A DNA stretch of 52,941 nucleotides, the filler included, from Sphacelaria rigidula (Eukaryota): NCBI GenBank assembly GCA_964200075.2. It is 4 parts of 4 records of this genome, joined end to end, with 100 filler letters (N's around TTAATTAATTAA, not from the genome) between each part and the next. Parts side by side here need not be neighbours in the genome. Positions count along the whole stretch, not along the records: positions 1 to 13,162 come from CAXNAA020003108.1; positions 13,263 to 26,424 come from CAXNAA020003109.1; 2 more parts are not named here. The stretch is one strand, 5' to 3'. How positions within the stretch are numbered: position 1 is the first letter of the stretch; the number at the start of each line of letters is the position of its first letter. The translations under genes were made by a program, and so were the position numbers. Under the pieces are notes generated by a model. That model made no database searches. It saw only the letters and a program-made list of their open reading frames with translations, and was not told the DNA's origin. Of the stretch, positions 1-13,332 are shown one piece after another.

Positions 1-3000
1 CATTTGGATGACAGCCAACAATGAGTTGCTTTATTGTGTGGTATCGCCACTTCCAGAGCAGGGGGGGGGGCAATCCCGATTGCTTTCATGAATAGTTTCA
101 CAAATGCTTTTTTTTTCCCCCACCCTTTTATCGTGTCAGAGCGGAAAAGAAATGTGCTTTGAAGCAAAAACGGTCAATAACACCCTCATCTATTCGCCCG
201 AAAGTCGTTCAATGATGAGCGTGGAGATTGTTTTTGTTTCCGGATGTGGAGCGAATGCCTAGTATCTCCCGATCCCCAAACTGAAGACATCAATTGTTCA
301 CTGGGGTGAGCGGTGGCACGCGAGAAAAATATTGAAAACCGCCGACTACGAAGAAATTTAAAAAATCCCCTATATCGGCTGGAAAGTACTATAAAACGCC
401 ATTCGTCATCAATCACAGTCGTTCCCGGATATTTTGTCACCTTTAGTAGGGAAAGTTCTGTTTCCCAGCATATATCAAATTACAGCGAACGGTGCTTGTG
501 TTCCAGAATGTCACTTTTCCTTGCTGTCCCGTACCGTGCCCTGTACCACGTTGCACGCCCATCCTCCCCGTTCGTGCGGGATGTTGACCTTGGTCGTCTC
601 ATAATTATCGACGGTTGTACATAATTCCATATCGTCCGCACCCAACGACGCCGCTCGCTCGAGTAATGCCGCGCCCTTGTGTTTGCCCGGTTTGCAAACC
701 CCGTCGGCATCCGCACTGGCCCGGGTACTTCACATTTTCGCGGTATTGCTCACGGCGGAGACAGGCGCTTTTTGCTGCCCCTGTTGTGTGTTCCGCGGCG
801 CCCGGATCCGGTAGAATTCATTGCGAACACCCCCTGCCTCCTTTTCTCCCGCCCGCTCCTGTATATGGCTCTGTCGAAGGTGGTGCATAAGGACTACATA
901 ACCTGCACCGTCCAGCTCTTCTCGGGCATGGGAGCAGAGGGTACCCCAACCGCAATCCAAGACATTGCACAGGATGCGCCTGGTGCGTACCCCCCTTCGT
1001 TTCAGGGGCTTCGCCATGCGGGCTTGGCGGTGGCGGCGAAGCATGGCCGGGGGCCGCTGGTGTTGACGGCGCCGGCACGAATAAAAGAGTGGCGTCTTAG
1101 TTGGTGCACGCGGTGCCGGCAGGAAGGCCACGGAACTAGCTTTTGCTGACGCCGCCAGCGTTAAAAAACCAGTTGACATTGTCATCGGCGCATGGAATAC
1201 CATAAGGAGGGAGATTGCACTATTTCGTGCTGACGTCACTTGCGTCCAAAACACAGTTGGCATGCACCCTGGTCCTAGGATGGCTGGTAAGTGAACGATT
1301 GCACTATCTCGTGCTGACGCTGCCTGCGTCGGAAAACCATCCGGAATCCTCCATGGTGCCGGGAAGGCCGATAGGACGGGAATCGAACTGGTTTCTGCTG
1401 GCATTGAAAAGTAAAACCCATCAATCCAGAAGCACCGGTGGGGCCTTGACTCACAACTTTCAAACATTGTCGCTCCCACACCCGGAAAAGGGGTGACCTG
1501 CATTGAACCCATCACTCACAGGCTACCAACCCGTCCATCGGATTCCGCGCGAGTCTGTAGCGGCGTCGCCGACCCCGAAGCCACGTTACTGGTTGCACGC
1601 GAGTGCGGTTGAAGTGGGTATGTAGAGCTCGCTAATACCGTGCAAGGTCCTTCGCCCCGACCACGTTGAAATGGGATGTAGGCACCGTCGCTGCACACGT
1701 TTCACTGTATCGCGGAGGTCACCGCCCCGGCGTGAGTACCGACATGCGCGACATAGACGGCGACGGCTGCCCCAGACGATGGCCTTTGGTGGAAATGCAT
1801 CGGTCCGGTCAGATCAAGTGAGAGTGAAGAGCATGGTCAACTGTCTCCGTAGATGTAGTGAGCGTATTGCCACACCCTCCCGTTGTTAGTGTAGACGCCT
1901 CGTGGTGTTCGCCGTCGCTCTGGAGCAAGCTCCCGAGCCCATGTTTAGCCACTGCCATTCCTGAAAAACAGGTATTCCGAACCCCCGGCGAACAAAAGAC
2001 GGCGGCCTACCGGGCGCCGAAGAAGACCAGCCTCTATGGCAACAAATCTTCGAACATACAAATTCAGGGATTTCAATCTTTCTGAAGACAACTTCGGCCG
2101 GTGGATCGAGTAGTCTTTAGAGCCTCAGTCCTTCCTCCGCACCCCGATGGTCCAACTGATATACTAATAGCCAGGTAGGGCGGAAGGATGCGGGTTCGGA
2201 TCCCGGCGGACGCGGTCTTCATGGCCGGGAGTGGTGTCCGTCGTTGTACTCGTAAGTTTCGAGGACGTGGGTAGCAGATGAAATTCGACTAGAGTCAACG
2301 TCGTGCCGAAGGGTTAATCCAATTCATGTTACCATGTCTTGCAGATACCAGGGAACAGATGGGGCGATTCCATGAGATTACTGGCTCGTCCCGAGGTTGG
2401 AGAGGGTTGAAACATGGCGAAAAATAAACAAGATACTCTGAACATTTGTGTCGGCCTGCGGAATGAAATCAGATCGATTTTCTAATCCATTGGACATTGG
2501 CTTTGCTTATTTTACCTCACTGCTCGAATTTGTAGGAGTCCGAGTTTGTGTGCACATCGAACAGATTGGGGTGGCGGGTGTGCTCCTTGTGCAAATATAT
2601 ATGTCCTCGTACATATTTGAGTAGTGAGGTGGAATACCATGATAAGTCAACGTCCAGAGAATCGAAAATCTAGCGAAGTTTATTCGAATCCGTCCTAGCT
2701 AGCGGAGTAACATTGCTTCAAGGCTGGGGGTCCGAGAATTCAATTCGCGGGCCAAGATCGCCTTGAGGACGGCCGAAATCCACTTGTGTGACAGCGAATC
2801 TGTTGTTGTGATGTAGTCGAAGGTCTCAAGAGTCTTTCACGTCTTACAGTTGAGATCTGCACGCAGATCTTCGCTGCATATATGCCCGCGGCAGCGTTGG
2901 CGGGCTCGGCGGGCGCGGTTTCCGGTCGGTGTTCCCATTGAAAGTGCGACGATTCGTTGGATATCGAACGACGCCGGCGCATCGTCCGTAGTGTTCTCGG

Positions 3001-4189
3001 CGGTCGACATTTTCTCCAAGCTTGGTTGGAACGTGAAAATTGGTCTGATTAATTCGGAGAAATGGCGTCGAAACAGGCACGGAGTCTCCAAAGTGCAACA
3101 AGAAGTAACACTTTCGATTTTCGGCGTGTGGTTATGTCCCGAACGGTGGAGGAGAGGTGTTCACAGTGTCCGCCATGTGACGACAGGTATGTGGACTCGC
3201 GCTCAGTTCCATGCTCGCGATGATGTATATACGATGCGTATTGCGCAATAGGTCTGGCATCGAATGTATTCCCACGGCAGGACATGAGGGAGAGTAATTC
3301 GCTGCATGCCTCTGATATGAGCAATAGTAGCGCGGAGTATCTCCCGAAGACACGCAACGTGCAGAACTCGTATCGGCAGGCCCTTTGCCGCGTTTCTTGT
3401 ACAGCGAACGCTCCGGGCGCGGTGCAGAAGCACATTTACGACCTGAACTTTTGGCCCTCATGAAGGATGCAGTTGTCATAACAGCAGGGGTATACGTGTT
3501 GATGACAAGACTCCTTCCTCCGGCCTTTGCACGTTTTAAGAGAGAAACTCACACTTTTCCAGACTTCTCCGACATGTTACTTCCCGGAGGAAAAAGTCGG
3601 CCCTAGATTTCCAGAGTACAGTGATCCTTAGTTCGAAAAAAATGTACCAGTGGCCTGACCTCTTGCCAAAGTCTATTCTCGCATTTCTTGGATTGTTTTT
3701 TTTATGTCGTAAAATTCGATGTATGTAATGAAGGTTCCGTCGAAAATGGGGCTGGCATCAGCCGTAAAATTATACTCAGACTGTTCTATGCCGGCGTTGA
3801 TCTATATACGAGTGTTTGTTATTACAGGACTGCAATACCCCAGATACCCACTAATTCCGACATCGCAGTCCTGGCAATGGACACGGGCCACCCACGGGGC
3901 GTCTGTAGATACTTCTTACATGTGGGTACATTATCAGTTGACCTTCGGTTAACATTTGAACCGCTTCGTTTTGGGATAAGTCTGCCAAAAATCCTACTGT
4001 AGAGTACTGACCTTAAACACAATATTTTTCGTAGGTGCAACAAAAAATAAAAAAAAATGCGTTCATTAACCCTGGCTTCGTGGCAGCATCGACTGCATAA
4101 TTCGCATTAGCGCACACCCGTAGTCGCGCGCCCTTTTGCATCTGCGCGATACCTCAGTCTGCAATGCACATTGCTGTCGACAACATAAA

Positions 4190-4854
4190 CCCTTTGGGAA
4201 CCCCCCCCTCTCGTCCCCGGTTCAGACGCCTCATTCTTTCAAGCGCTGACAAAGTAGAAAAGATGGGACAAGAAAATACCCACAACAACCATTTTTGCGG
4301 CGAAAGGCCACAGAAGAACCCACCGACATACGTCATGCTCGCACCAAAAATGTCGTCTGGGTGCGGTCGGAATAGGAATATCGAACGAGGGAACGCAACG
4401 GGTCAAGGATGTTCAATTTTGTGCACACAGCAAAAATCAGCACCGCGGTCTCTGAATCCCATACAACAAAAATCAGCACCACCTGTATATTTTTTACATA
4501 TTCAGTCCCGTGTGGCACTGCGGCTCACATTTATATAGGTGACACACCCCGCCGGAGTATTGTTGTGCTGCAGTTCGGAGGTCCTACCCGCTCAACACTT
4601 GGTAAGCGTGCTAAGCCACATCACAGAAACAACGTAGTATGGCCGAGCACACATAAATCCTCTCACCACACGTGGAAGGATTGAGGTGCGATACGGTACT
4701 TACGCGATTTACCGTCAGTTGAAAGCGGTCGCGGGTCTGAAAAACAGGCTTTGGGCAAAATAGTGGTCCTTGAAAGCTGCAAACAATCAACCATATGTTA
4801 TTCAAAAACAGCACCTCGAAATCAGCACTTTTCCATTGCCGGTGCCCAGAAGGG
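4190..4854. mobile_element. Possible degenerate piggyBac-like non-autonomous element
   Basis: Left end TAAA|CCCTTTGGGAACC and right end GGTGCCCAGAAGGG|TTAA form short imperfect TIRs. An internal AAATCAGCAC motif recurs three times (~4434, ~4470, ~4819). Confidence 0.3.
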
Positions 4855-7119
4855 TTAAAACCAGAAAGCACCGAAGGGCCATGCATCGAACCCTAACCCG
4901 GTACGCGCTCGCGGATCCTACTGCTCTCGTTTCTCAATCGATGGCCGCCGAAGGGATGCGGATAGTACGTCAGTGTTCACAGCAAGCGGGATATGCGGCG
5001 TAATCGCACCTCATGTATATTTTTGACGGTTCAGTACTACTGTAGTTTCCAACAATTGAACCGTTATTTTGCTTGTGGATTTCTCCATCATGTCTGAACG
5101 AACCGGCCTGAAACTTGGGGGGGGGGGCACAAGACGCACAAAGCGAGTACGGATTTTGGGCAACGCCCTCGATACCCCTCAAAACGGCCTCTCCGCGGCC
5201 CAGAAACGTGAGTTGATGCATATGTTGACACGCGGGGCCCTCACTTCCACATCATGACCTACTGGACAGCTTCTGCGCTGGTAAAGAAACATCGATCTGC
5301 ACTGGGATACACTCTGGACAATGACAATCTGCGCGGGAATCATTTCCATATCGCCTGTAGAGGTGCTCACCCTAGGAGACACGGCCGTACACGCCCTGTC
5401 TGCGCTTCTAGGCGCTGAAACTTTGGCCGCATGTCACGTAGACCACAGTCAACAACCTCATGTCGCTGAATCTCGGGTTGCTCGTTGCACCATTGCGTTG
5501 CGGGGCGGGAAGAGGTCAGATTCTCTTCCGAATTACTCGTGTGTGTGTGTGTGTGTGTGTTTTTTGGCGCATCCCTGCATGAACGGACCCTGCGGATATG
5601 ACTTTTCTTTGTACAGTAGAGTAACGTGATCACATGATTTCATCGGCAGTGCCGGTATGACATGCACGATATCCACGCACAAAATACGATATCCTCAAGC
5701 ACCGCCATCAGGCATCATGTTGCACATCTGTGCATGTCTACTATTATAACTGTAGACGAGTATATCGTGTGGTACTGTACGTGATACTGAACAGAGCACT
5801 GCACGAGAAGTTGAAAGCTGGTCGTGCGAGTAGCAAAAAATCATGATGGTCCGTGATTGACCGCTTAAAAGTATATCTTGTCCTGAATGGACGTTTATGC
5901 AAACTGACCTGAGAGCAGCCCTCCGCAGAGCCGCGACGTAGAGCCCTGCTGGCCCTTCAGTGAGGATCCCCACAAATGTTCCACAATGCCCAGATCGAGC
6001 TGAGCCCAAAGGGTATGGCACTATTCTGCCGTACCCTTTGACGGAGCCTAAAAGCTGTCAGAAATTTCTCCGCACATCAATCTAGCGGGTCAGACCCGCG
6101 GTCATATCAACAGTGTGTTAGCGAGTTCGCTCACGACAAGAAAAATAAGAAAACGCGCTGCCGGCAAATAAGAATAATATGATTCTCAGGTCGTAGATAC
6201 TTGAAGGTCCTGCGACTTTCATTGTGGAAAATGCCGCGACTCGCCATTATGTGCATACAACAGTAGAACATACTTGATCGCGCTTCACGTGATCTATTCT
6301 GCTTTTTTTCGTCCCGCCTGCTCCGTTCGTACCTGGTGGCTCTGCAGTTTTTCGTTTTTTTTTTTTGTCTTTTTTCGGCCGCAGCGCATAGCAGGAGGTC
6401 GACCGCTAATTCGCCGAACGAGGAGAATTTTGAGAATCGCATGGGATTTGACTTAGTTGCAGTTGATGAACAGTTTGAGGAAGTACGCACAACACACCAC
6501 TAGAGCCGGGACTGCACCTGTAACGGCTTTTGTCTGGTTTACACGCCATGGGAGGAATCTCACCGCACATACAAAATGGCGACCTTCACAGACAGTCGTT
6601 CAAAGGTTACCCATAAACTTTGCATCCGCTCAAGACGGAAGCTCCACGTATTTCAGCAGTGTGGTTCATTGTTGGTGTGTGCTCCCAAGATAGCAGGCAA
6701 AAACAAGCATCAAGACATGCACCACGGTGGTACTCGCATTGCTGGGCTGTAGGTAGCCAGCATTGTGCGCTCTGACAGGGCGTCTGCCTGCTAACTACGA
6801 TATTTGGCATGCGTCGCGGCAGTTGTACCCTTTGGGCTCTATAAAATACTGTGATGGGAAAGCGGAGAAACGGCGAACGCGACTTCCAGCGGGGATTTTT
6901 TGTACAAACCTGGCCAAATGTCAGACTAAGTTTCCCCACTTTCGAATCCCACCAGAGCCACCGGGGTGCAAATATCTAGTCAGAACTCAGGTGCCAATAA
7001 TCACAGACCGACGCCCTGTATAGCGCGCTGTACCCGCCGCAGACACAACTCACCAATTTGAATGTGAGTGCCGTGGCGTACACAGACGATGAGCAGTATC
7101 GAGACCTACCTGCTGATTA

Positions 7120-7815
7120 TGTCTCTTGTGAACTTCAGACGTGGTGCAGGACTAGCACCTGTACCTGGGATAACCCATGTGTTTATCGGCTCCTTGGAGA
7201 TCAAGGCGGCTTCGAGGTGTTTATGTGGTTCAGTGGGTGTTCCGGGAACATAATGCTGGTGCTAGATAAGTGCTAGATGGTTACTTGTCGAAAATATTTC
7301 GTGGTACCGAACTGTCCATGCCTTGATGCGGTTCCTATGAGATCACGAGTGGCCGCTGGTACGTGTTATCCCCAGTTTGTACATCCCCGGCCATCAGCAA
7401 GTTGAATAGTAGCATGCGTACAGGCATCGTGCACGGGGTTGCAAAACGGATATGCCAGAATGTAGGCGCGTTTACGACGCTTACACGATGCGACGACGCG
7501 CGCGAACATAACCCGATTCATTCTGCTCGCGCGTCCTTGAACTCGCATATCCACAACGTTCTGCAACTTACGGGGACACCCTCAAATGTATGGATAGCTT
7601 GTACCACCGGCAACCCGTGGGTCCGTGCACCCGAGTATTCTGTACTCATGCACTAAAATTGCTACCCCTGCCACCTGGTATGTATTCAAGGGGTGCGGAT
7701 ATGATGGGTGTCCCTGGAACAAACAGGGGTGCACAGAAGCTGCTGCAAACGGGGATACAATATTGACGTGATGAAGTGATGCAAGGCCCAAGTCTGCCGT
7801 TGGAATTTGAAAACG
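7120..7815 (+). pseudogene. Decayed ankyrin-repeat gene of the 'HLxVLxWxRxxGCPW' type
   Basis: Manual translation across frameshifts. ELQTWCRTSTCTWDN...GGFEVFMW at ~7130-7230. VFKGCGYDGCPWNKQGCTEAAANG at ~7682-7753 (GCPWN = 7706-7720). Then, frameshifted, IDVMK*CKAQVCRWNLKT to ~7815, where TGA stands at the conserved Trp. Confidence 0.65.
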
Positions 7816-8309
7816 AACGAGGACACGAAAGTTGTAACCTTCCAGGTTTCAGTGATCTCTCCAAGATAAAGTGACATTCACAGCATCGGCAGATTCTGCA
7901 GTTGATCATGATTGTTTACCCGAATTCAGTTAGTGGTACACCTGATCAGGATCCAGCAATCACCGACCAGTGCACCTAAAAAAAATAATCTAAAAACGCT
8001 CAAGATATGTGTTACAGATTTATTGGTCATTTTCCAGTCGACTAGGTTACATGCGTCATACTTTGTCATGCTTGGTACCTGATGACTCATACTACAATTT
8101 GTGGTAGATTTGATCTGTCTACCCTCAGGTGTTACAACGTTTTTGACTATGCGTCTCTACTAGTAAAGGACAAGTTAGCCTGTACGCCAATAATACAAGA
8201 GCATCTACGCCATCACGGACTGCGGTATCAGAGGGATCTCTGGTCTTTTCACAATGTAAGCCTGACCTCCATGCAACACATGTTGTCCTGCAGCCTGCGC
8301 GGCTCACCG

Positions 8310-8706
8310 GTGTGCAGCCCGACGCTGCGAACCTGGGTTGACTCCGCACTTGGTTACATCGAACTCAATGGATCGACACACTCGACTGTGTTTTCGCGCG
8401 ACGGCCGAGGTGCCCACGAAATGGCACCTTACACCGCCAGACGGTACGTATCGAACCATGACATGGTGTCCAATCCGAGAATCGAACTCGGGTGTCTTTC
8501 ATGCAAGATTTGTTGTACTGGCGTCCGAGCGGCTCATCGGGTATGCAGCCTGACGCTGCGAACATGACTGACTCTGCACTCGGTAACGTCGAGCTCAATG
8601 GATTCGCTATTCATTATTGTGTTTGAGCCCGCTAGCCCAGGTATCCACTGAACTGGCACCATTCCCAGCTAGGCGGTGAGTATCGAACCATGACATGGTG
8701 TCCAAT
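8310..8706 (+). repeat. Diverged direct duplication (~165-bp units, ~231-bp period)
   Basis: TGCAGCCxGACGCTGCGAAC...GTATCGAACCATGACATGGTGTCCAAT occurs at ~8310-8476 and ~8541-8706. Confidence 0.85.
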
Positions 8707-9405
8707 GCCGTGCTCGTGTAGAGTCAACCCCGGCATGCTCCGAACACAAACGTTTGGAGGGGAGGGTTTTCTGGCGTGTGAGTCGGATCCGGTATAATGT
8801 TACTTTTTCATATAGAGTAAATAGTGTACCGGTTCACAATATGTCGTTTCCACCGTATATCTTAGCTGCAACATCATATAGTACAGTATGAAGTAGGCGG
8901 TGCCTTTGAAGTTCACAACTGGGTGTCTCTCACATGGTTGGAGAGCATGTACAGTGTACTATAATGGTATGTTGCTTCGGCTCTTCGCACCCTTTTGTTC
9001 TGTCTACCTACCATACGCACGTTGAGCATAAATAGTTGAGCGTGGGCTATGTAGTTTGTTTTGCCCCGTGGGGGCCCTGTGCTCCGTACCCCCGCGTTGC
9101 TCCGTTTTCTCGCCCGTGTTGCACTATCTTAAAATCATAACCAAGCAGAGCGCCACCAACGGCTTTATGCACGAGCTCATCCGAGATGGTTCATCAGCAC
9201 GCGCTGCAATCTCTCATCTTGAACGAGCCCAACAGGCACTGCTGACGTCCAAAGTAAAAGCGAAATGACCTAGCCGATATAATTTAATGAAATGCAATAC
9301 GGTCGAACGAGAATTGGACGAGTTCAACGAACCAGAGGGCCTACAATTACTTCGGGGCGTTTCGGTACATCAGGTTCCAGACAGCTGCGGAAGCTGTGCA
9401 GCTGC

Positions 9406-9406
9406 G

Positions 9407-9437
<31 letters not shown>

Positions 9438-9670
9438 CTGTTGTCGTGGTTGTTCGTTGCTCGTTGTTTGTTGTAGTTTTCGATCTTGTTCTGTGCTGAT
9501 ATTCGTCGCTGCCGTGCCGCCGCTGTGTGTTGCTGCTGCTCGCCCCACGTCTGCACTGTTGTTCTGTGCTGTTTTTCGTCGCTGCCGCGCCGCTGCTGTA
9601 TGTTGTTGGTTGTAGCTGCGTGTCGTTGTTTGTTGTTCGTTGTTTGTTGTTCGTTGTCTGTCCGTCTGTC

Positions 9671-9757
<87 letters not shown>

Positions 9758-9853
9758 GGTTGTGGTTGTGGTTGTTGTTGTTGTTGTGGTTGTTGTTGTA
9801 GTTGTTGTTGTTGTGGTTGTGGTTGTTGTGGTTGTTGTGGTTGTCTGTTGCTG

Positions 9854-9886
<33 letters not shown>
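9406..9886. repeat. Compound microsatellite: (GTT)n with GTG variants, then (GCT)n
   Basis: Visible directly. Longest pure (TGT)n run is ~9671-9757; (TGC)n is at ~9858-9886. Confidence 0.97.
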
Positions 9887-9888
<2 letters not shown>

Positions 9889-10430
9889 TCCACCGTGCTT
9901 TCTGCTACCCTGGTTTGCTGCCGTTGTCCCGCTTGTTGTGTTGTTTTTGCCTCTACCGCCTTCTGTTGACTGTACTTCTCGTGCTTGCTTTCCCATCGCA
10001 TGTTGTCATGTGCACGCGTATTTTCCGCCCTCATGTTTTTTTGTACCTTTCTTCGATCTGAACGCACAGTTTATGTTTCGTCATCGTCGCCTGCATTGTA
10101 TCAACTTCGCCTGACCTACACCTGTTTAGCCATAATATCACCGCTGTACCTAACCAGCAGTGATCGTGTTCCAGACATTCTCCATATTGTTTCGGTATCT
10201 TTGTTGCATATTGAATTGGGACAATTAACCCACCATGATCGGTATGTATTTTGCATTTTTATTGTGGCCATGAGAATTTGTGAAATGCACGTGCGGTAAA
10301 GCTCCCAATTTTTTCGGTCTTGATTGATTTCCTTTCATCACACATTCCAATATTTTCTGCATCTCCGGGTGTCGTGTCTACCATAACTCTTTTTTTAGCC
10401 ACCCAATTGTATTGCGTGTTTTATAATGTT

Positions 10431-10588
10431 GCGCCGCCGCCGTCTTGCTCTGTAGAGCTGCACTATTTTTCATTTCATGTTCTGGAAATTTTGTATTTTA
10501 TTTTGATTGTCTTATCATTTGCGCCGCCCTCGTCTTGCTCTGTAGAGCTGCACGATTTTTCATTTCATGTTTTGGTAATTTTGTTTTG
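10431..10588 (+). repeat. Tandem duplication, 90-bp period
   Basis: GCGCCGCC..CGTCTTGCTCTGTAGAGCTGCACxATTTTTCATTTCATGTT at 10431 and 10521. Confidence 0.9.
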
Positions 10589-11399
10589 TGTTTGGCGATC
10601 GTGATGTTTTTTTTTTACCGTGCGGGTGTAGGCTATCTGCAGGGCCCTGTCTGTTGCGCTGCCTGTACTCATCATGCTTGAGCAGGAGTCCGCTTGTAAT
10701 CGTTTCATCTATCTGGTTCGCAAGGCCGAAACGCCGAATTTACCGCCCGGCACACGACACTTCGATCTGCGTCACGTGGTATAAAACCGAGCCATATTTT
10801 CACGGACTCCCAAGACTTTCAACGCATACTAACCGTGTCCTCTATTACTTCCGCCCTTGTTTCACCTACACTCTTGTCTTGGGTGTGTCGCATCCCGGTG
10901 AGGGAACCGGCGCTGAACGTGATTGCTTTGGGGAGAACACGCAGGAAATACTGAACGGTTTGCTCATGACGGTATGTTCCGGCGTGGAGTGTCAGCAATT
11001 TGCTTTGGTCTAGCTAATCCCGTGTACCTTTTTATAGCATTCGGGTAGCAGGGTTATTACCTTGGTGTCACTAAAAATGATCCCTATTTTATCCCACACT
11101 GGTAATCGATTGTATGGTTTGTTATTCACCAGGTTGACTTCGTGGCGCACCCTGTACCGTAGTTGGATACCACCTTGTCCCTTCCTGGTACCGTGGTTGG
11201 ATACTAATTTGTTCAGTTGCTTTAAACTCCGCTTTCGATACCATGCAATCACAAATCTTTCCGGGCAATGTCTTATCATTACTTATGCAGTACGCAGACT
11301 TTGGCAGCTTCCCTGTTATTTTTTTAACCCTTTTGTCCTTCATGCCCAGCGTACCATGCAAGTTGACTGCGCGACTACATACCTTGCCTTCGACAGTTC

Positions 11400-12340
11400 T
11401 TACAGGCCCTACATATACTTTCCAGACACTCATTCCGCTGATGTGGTCGCTGAACCCCCTTGGGGGGGGCGAAGTACGAGTTCCATATTTTTTGCTGGTT
11501 GTTGTCTCGCGTGCACACCCTTTGCCACAAAACAATGCGGCCTCCCACCATAAGAACGCCGCATAATCAGAGAAGAAATGCACAAGCTTCTTGACCGAAG
11601 TGTTGCTCACCCAACTTTCCCCGGCAACAATTGTCGACTACACGATCATATGTTTGGTAAAATTCGCCAAATTCGCCAAAAAACACAGCATCTTACAAAC
11701 TGGGGATGGATCTTTTATTGGGGATGAGAAACCCGGAGGATTTCAAATCTTCGTATCCACATCAAATCTTCGAAATATGGTTTCATTTCTTCACCTACTG
11801 ATAGCTATTAACAACTGCTACACGACATAGAAATTGGGATTTCAATCATCGAAGTGTTGGGATCCTAGGTGAAAAAACAATTTCGGAACGATTTTGGCGT
11901 CCGTTCGGACACCCGGAGTTCCCCAAAAGTGGTTTCTTAACTAGGACCCCAACACTTCGGTGATCGAAATCCAAATTTCTACGGCGTGTAGCAGTTGCCA
12001 ATAGCTATCAGTAGGTCGAGAAATAGAATCATATTTTGAAGACTTGGTGTGGACACGAAGATTTTAATCGGGTTCTCATCCCCAATAAACGATCCATCCC
12101 CAATTTGTAAGATCCCGTGGTAAATGCATCTTTACTGCAGGGTCTCACAAGTTCCTTAGCCTGTTGATCAATAATACCAGCATACAACCGGCCCCCTCCA
12201 AACGCAACGCAATTGCTCAGATGTCACGTCCATACAATCGAAAAACTACGTTCGTTTCTAGACCCAGCGGGTACCTTGGACAGTTTCTCCAGAAGCGTAG
12301 CATTTTAGTCGCTCCGCAGACCGATATTCTGAATAAATAG
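11400..12340 (+). mobile_element. Ty3/gypsy LTR-retrotransposon pol relic (RT start and RT end/RNase H linker), internally deleted and interrupted by a MITE
   Basis: PFATKQCGLPP*ERRIIREEMHKLLDRSV at ~11518-11605 resembles the RT N-terminus. After the MITE, KCIFTAGSHKFLSLLINNTSIQPAPSKRNAIAQMSRP / TIEKLRSFL / YLGQFLQKRSILVAPQTDIL at ~12122-12335 resembles the gypsy 'LRSFLGxxGYxRxF..APLTDxL' linker. Stops and frameshifts are present and no YxDD core was seen. Confidence 0.7.
11684..12119. mobile_element. MITE family A, copy 1 (~436 bp, ~185-bp imperfect TIRs, CAC...GTG ends)
   Basis: The 5' end CACAGCATCTTACAAACTGGGGATGGATC is the near reverse complement of the 3' end GATCCATCCCCAATTTGTAAGATCCCGTG. 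The arms pair along most of the length around a short central spacer. A homologous copy lies at 40294-40736. Confidence 0.85.
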
Positions 12341-13162
12341 AAAAGACAACAGTATCGCTACACGATGTAGGTAAACGCGCGCTCTTCTTTTAACAGCCGA
12401 TTTCAAATTTTGGGGTTGAAACAACAAATTAGGTTCAAGTCCCATTTCTCTATTGCAGGGAAGATACGAAAGAGTAACACAGAGCGGAAGTATCTTCCTT
12501 CCCAAACCTCCGCAGCCGGAGTTAACCGTTAGACCGCGAGAGTAGGTCACCTGCTGAATCGGCATCAATATTCACTTGAAAAAAGTACACGGGGTCCGGA
12601 TGGACTACGGGCACCGTGGTCCAAGGGTTAAGTAACTCTGGCTAGGTGCACCCAACGAAATGCGGTGTACACGCGTGTCGATGACGATATCACCAGCGAG
12701 AAAAGCAACGACACAGAGGAAGGTCGTCGCCCGTGCCCTTAGTGTGTCCCCGCTCGGCGATTACCAAACTCTCGAGAGACTGGCATCCTTGATCTTCCCA
12801 GCATGTGCCAAATTTTTCATATGCCAGAGCATCGACGTGCGGAGAAATCCCGTGGTCTCTTCTTGCCTGTCGCCAACGCGAACATCGATTTTTCTCTGCC
12901 TCTCCTTTTGGATAGGACGTGCCTCTGTGCGCTGAAAACATGTTAAACAAATAGAGCAATGTTCCCGTCATCGCTACTACTGTTCTCTGTCACACACATA
13001 TGCCAGCAAGGACGGTGCTGCGGCGATAACATATAGATCCAATGTGAACTTAGGGGGTGTTATTCATCATTGAGTTTACCCGCACCTCCCCCGCCAGCCG
13101 GGCTCCCGAGCTGAACACGCCAGTTGAAAGGGGTTTATGAGAGATCAAACACTTGTAGAAAC

Positions 13163-13262
13163 NNNNNNNNNNNNNNNNNNNNNNNNNNNNNNNNNNNNNN
13201 NNNNNNTTAATTAATTAANNNNNNNNNNNNNNNNNNNNNNNNNNNNNNNNNNNNNNNNNNNN
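13163..13262. other. Assembly gap with artificial TTAATTAATTAA spacer
   Basis: 100 nt: N run, TTAATTAATTAA (stops in all six frames), N run. Confidence 0.97.
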
Positions 13263-13332
13263 GTTTCTGGCCATTTTTCGTACCTTTCCTAGGCAAAAAA
13301 CGAGAAGGTATACCTTTTCTAGGCCATTGCCC
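13263..13332 (-). mobile_element. Terminus of a repeated element (GGGCAATGGCC end, PIF/Harbinger-like), truncated by the assembly gap
   Basis: 70 bp matching the reverse complement of 52859-52928 with 2 mismatches. Similarity stops sharply at ...CCATTGCCC, followed by TTA, which fits a TWA target site. Confidence 0.6.

Noticed and set aside
600-3500. Several 130-260-aa ORFs with partly protein-like text (e.g. 730-1515, 2837-3091)
   Set aside because: No recognisable domain or splice structure. Possibly old TE or gene debris, but I cannot support a call.
9287-10114. Poly-Q, poly-N, poly-V and poly-C ORFs
   Set aside because: Translations of a (GTT)n/(GCT)n microsatellite that is open in most frames; no coding evidence.
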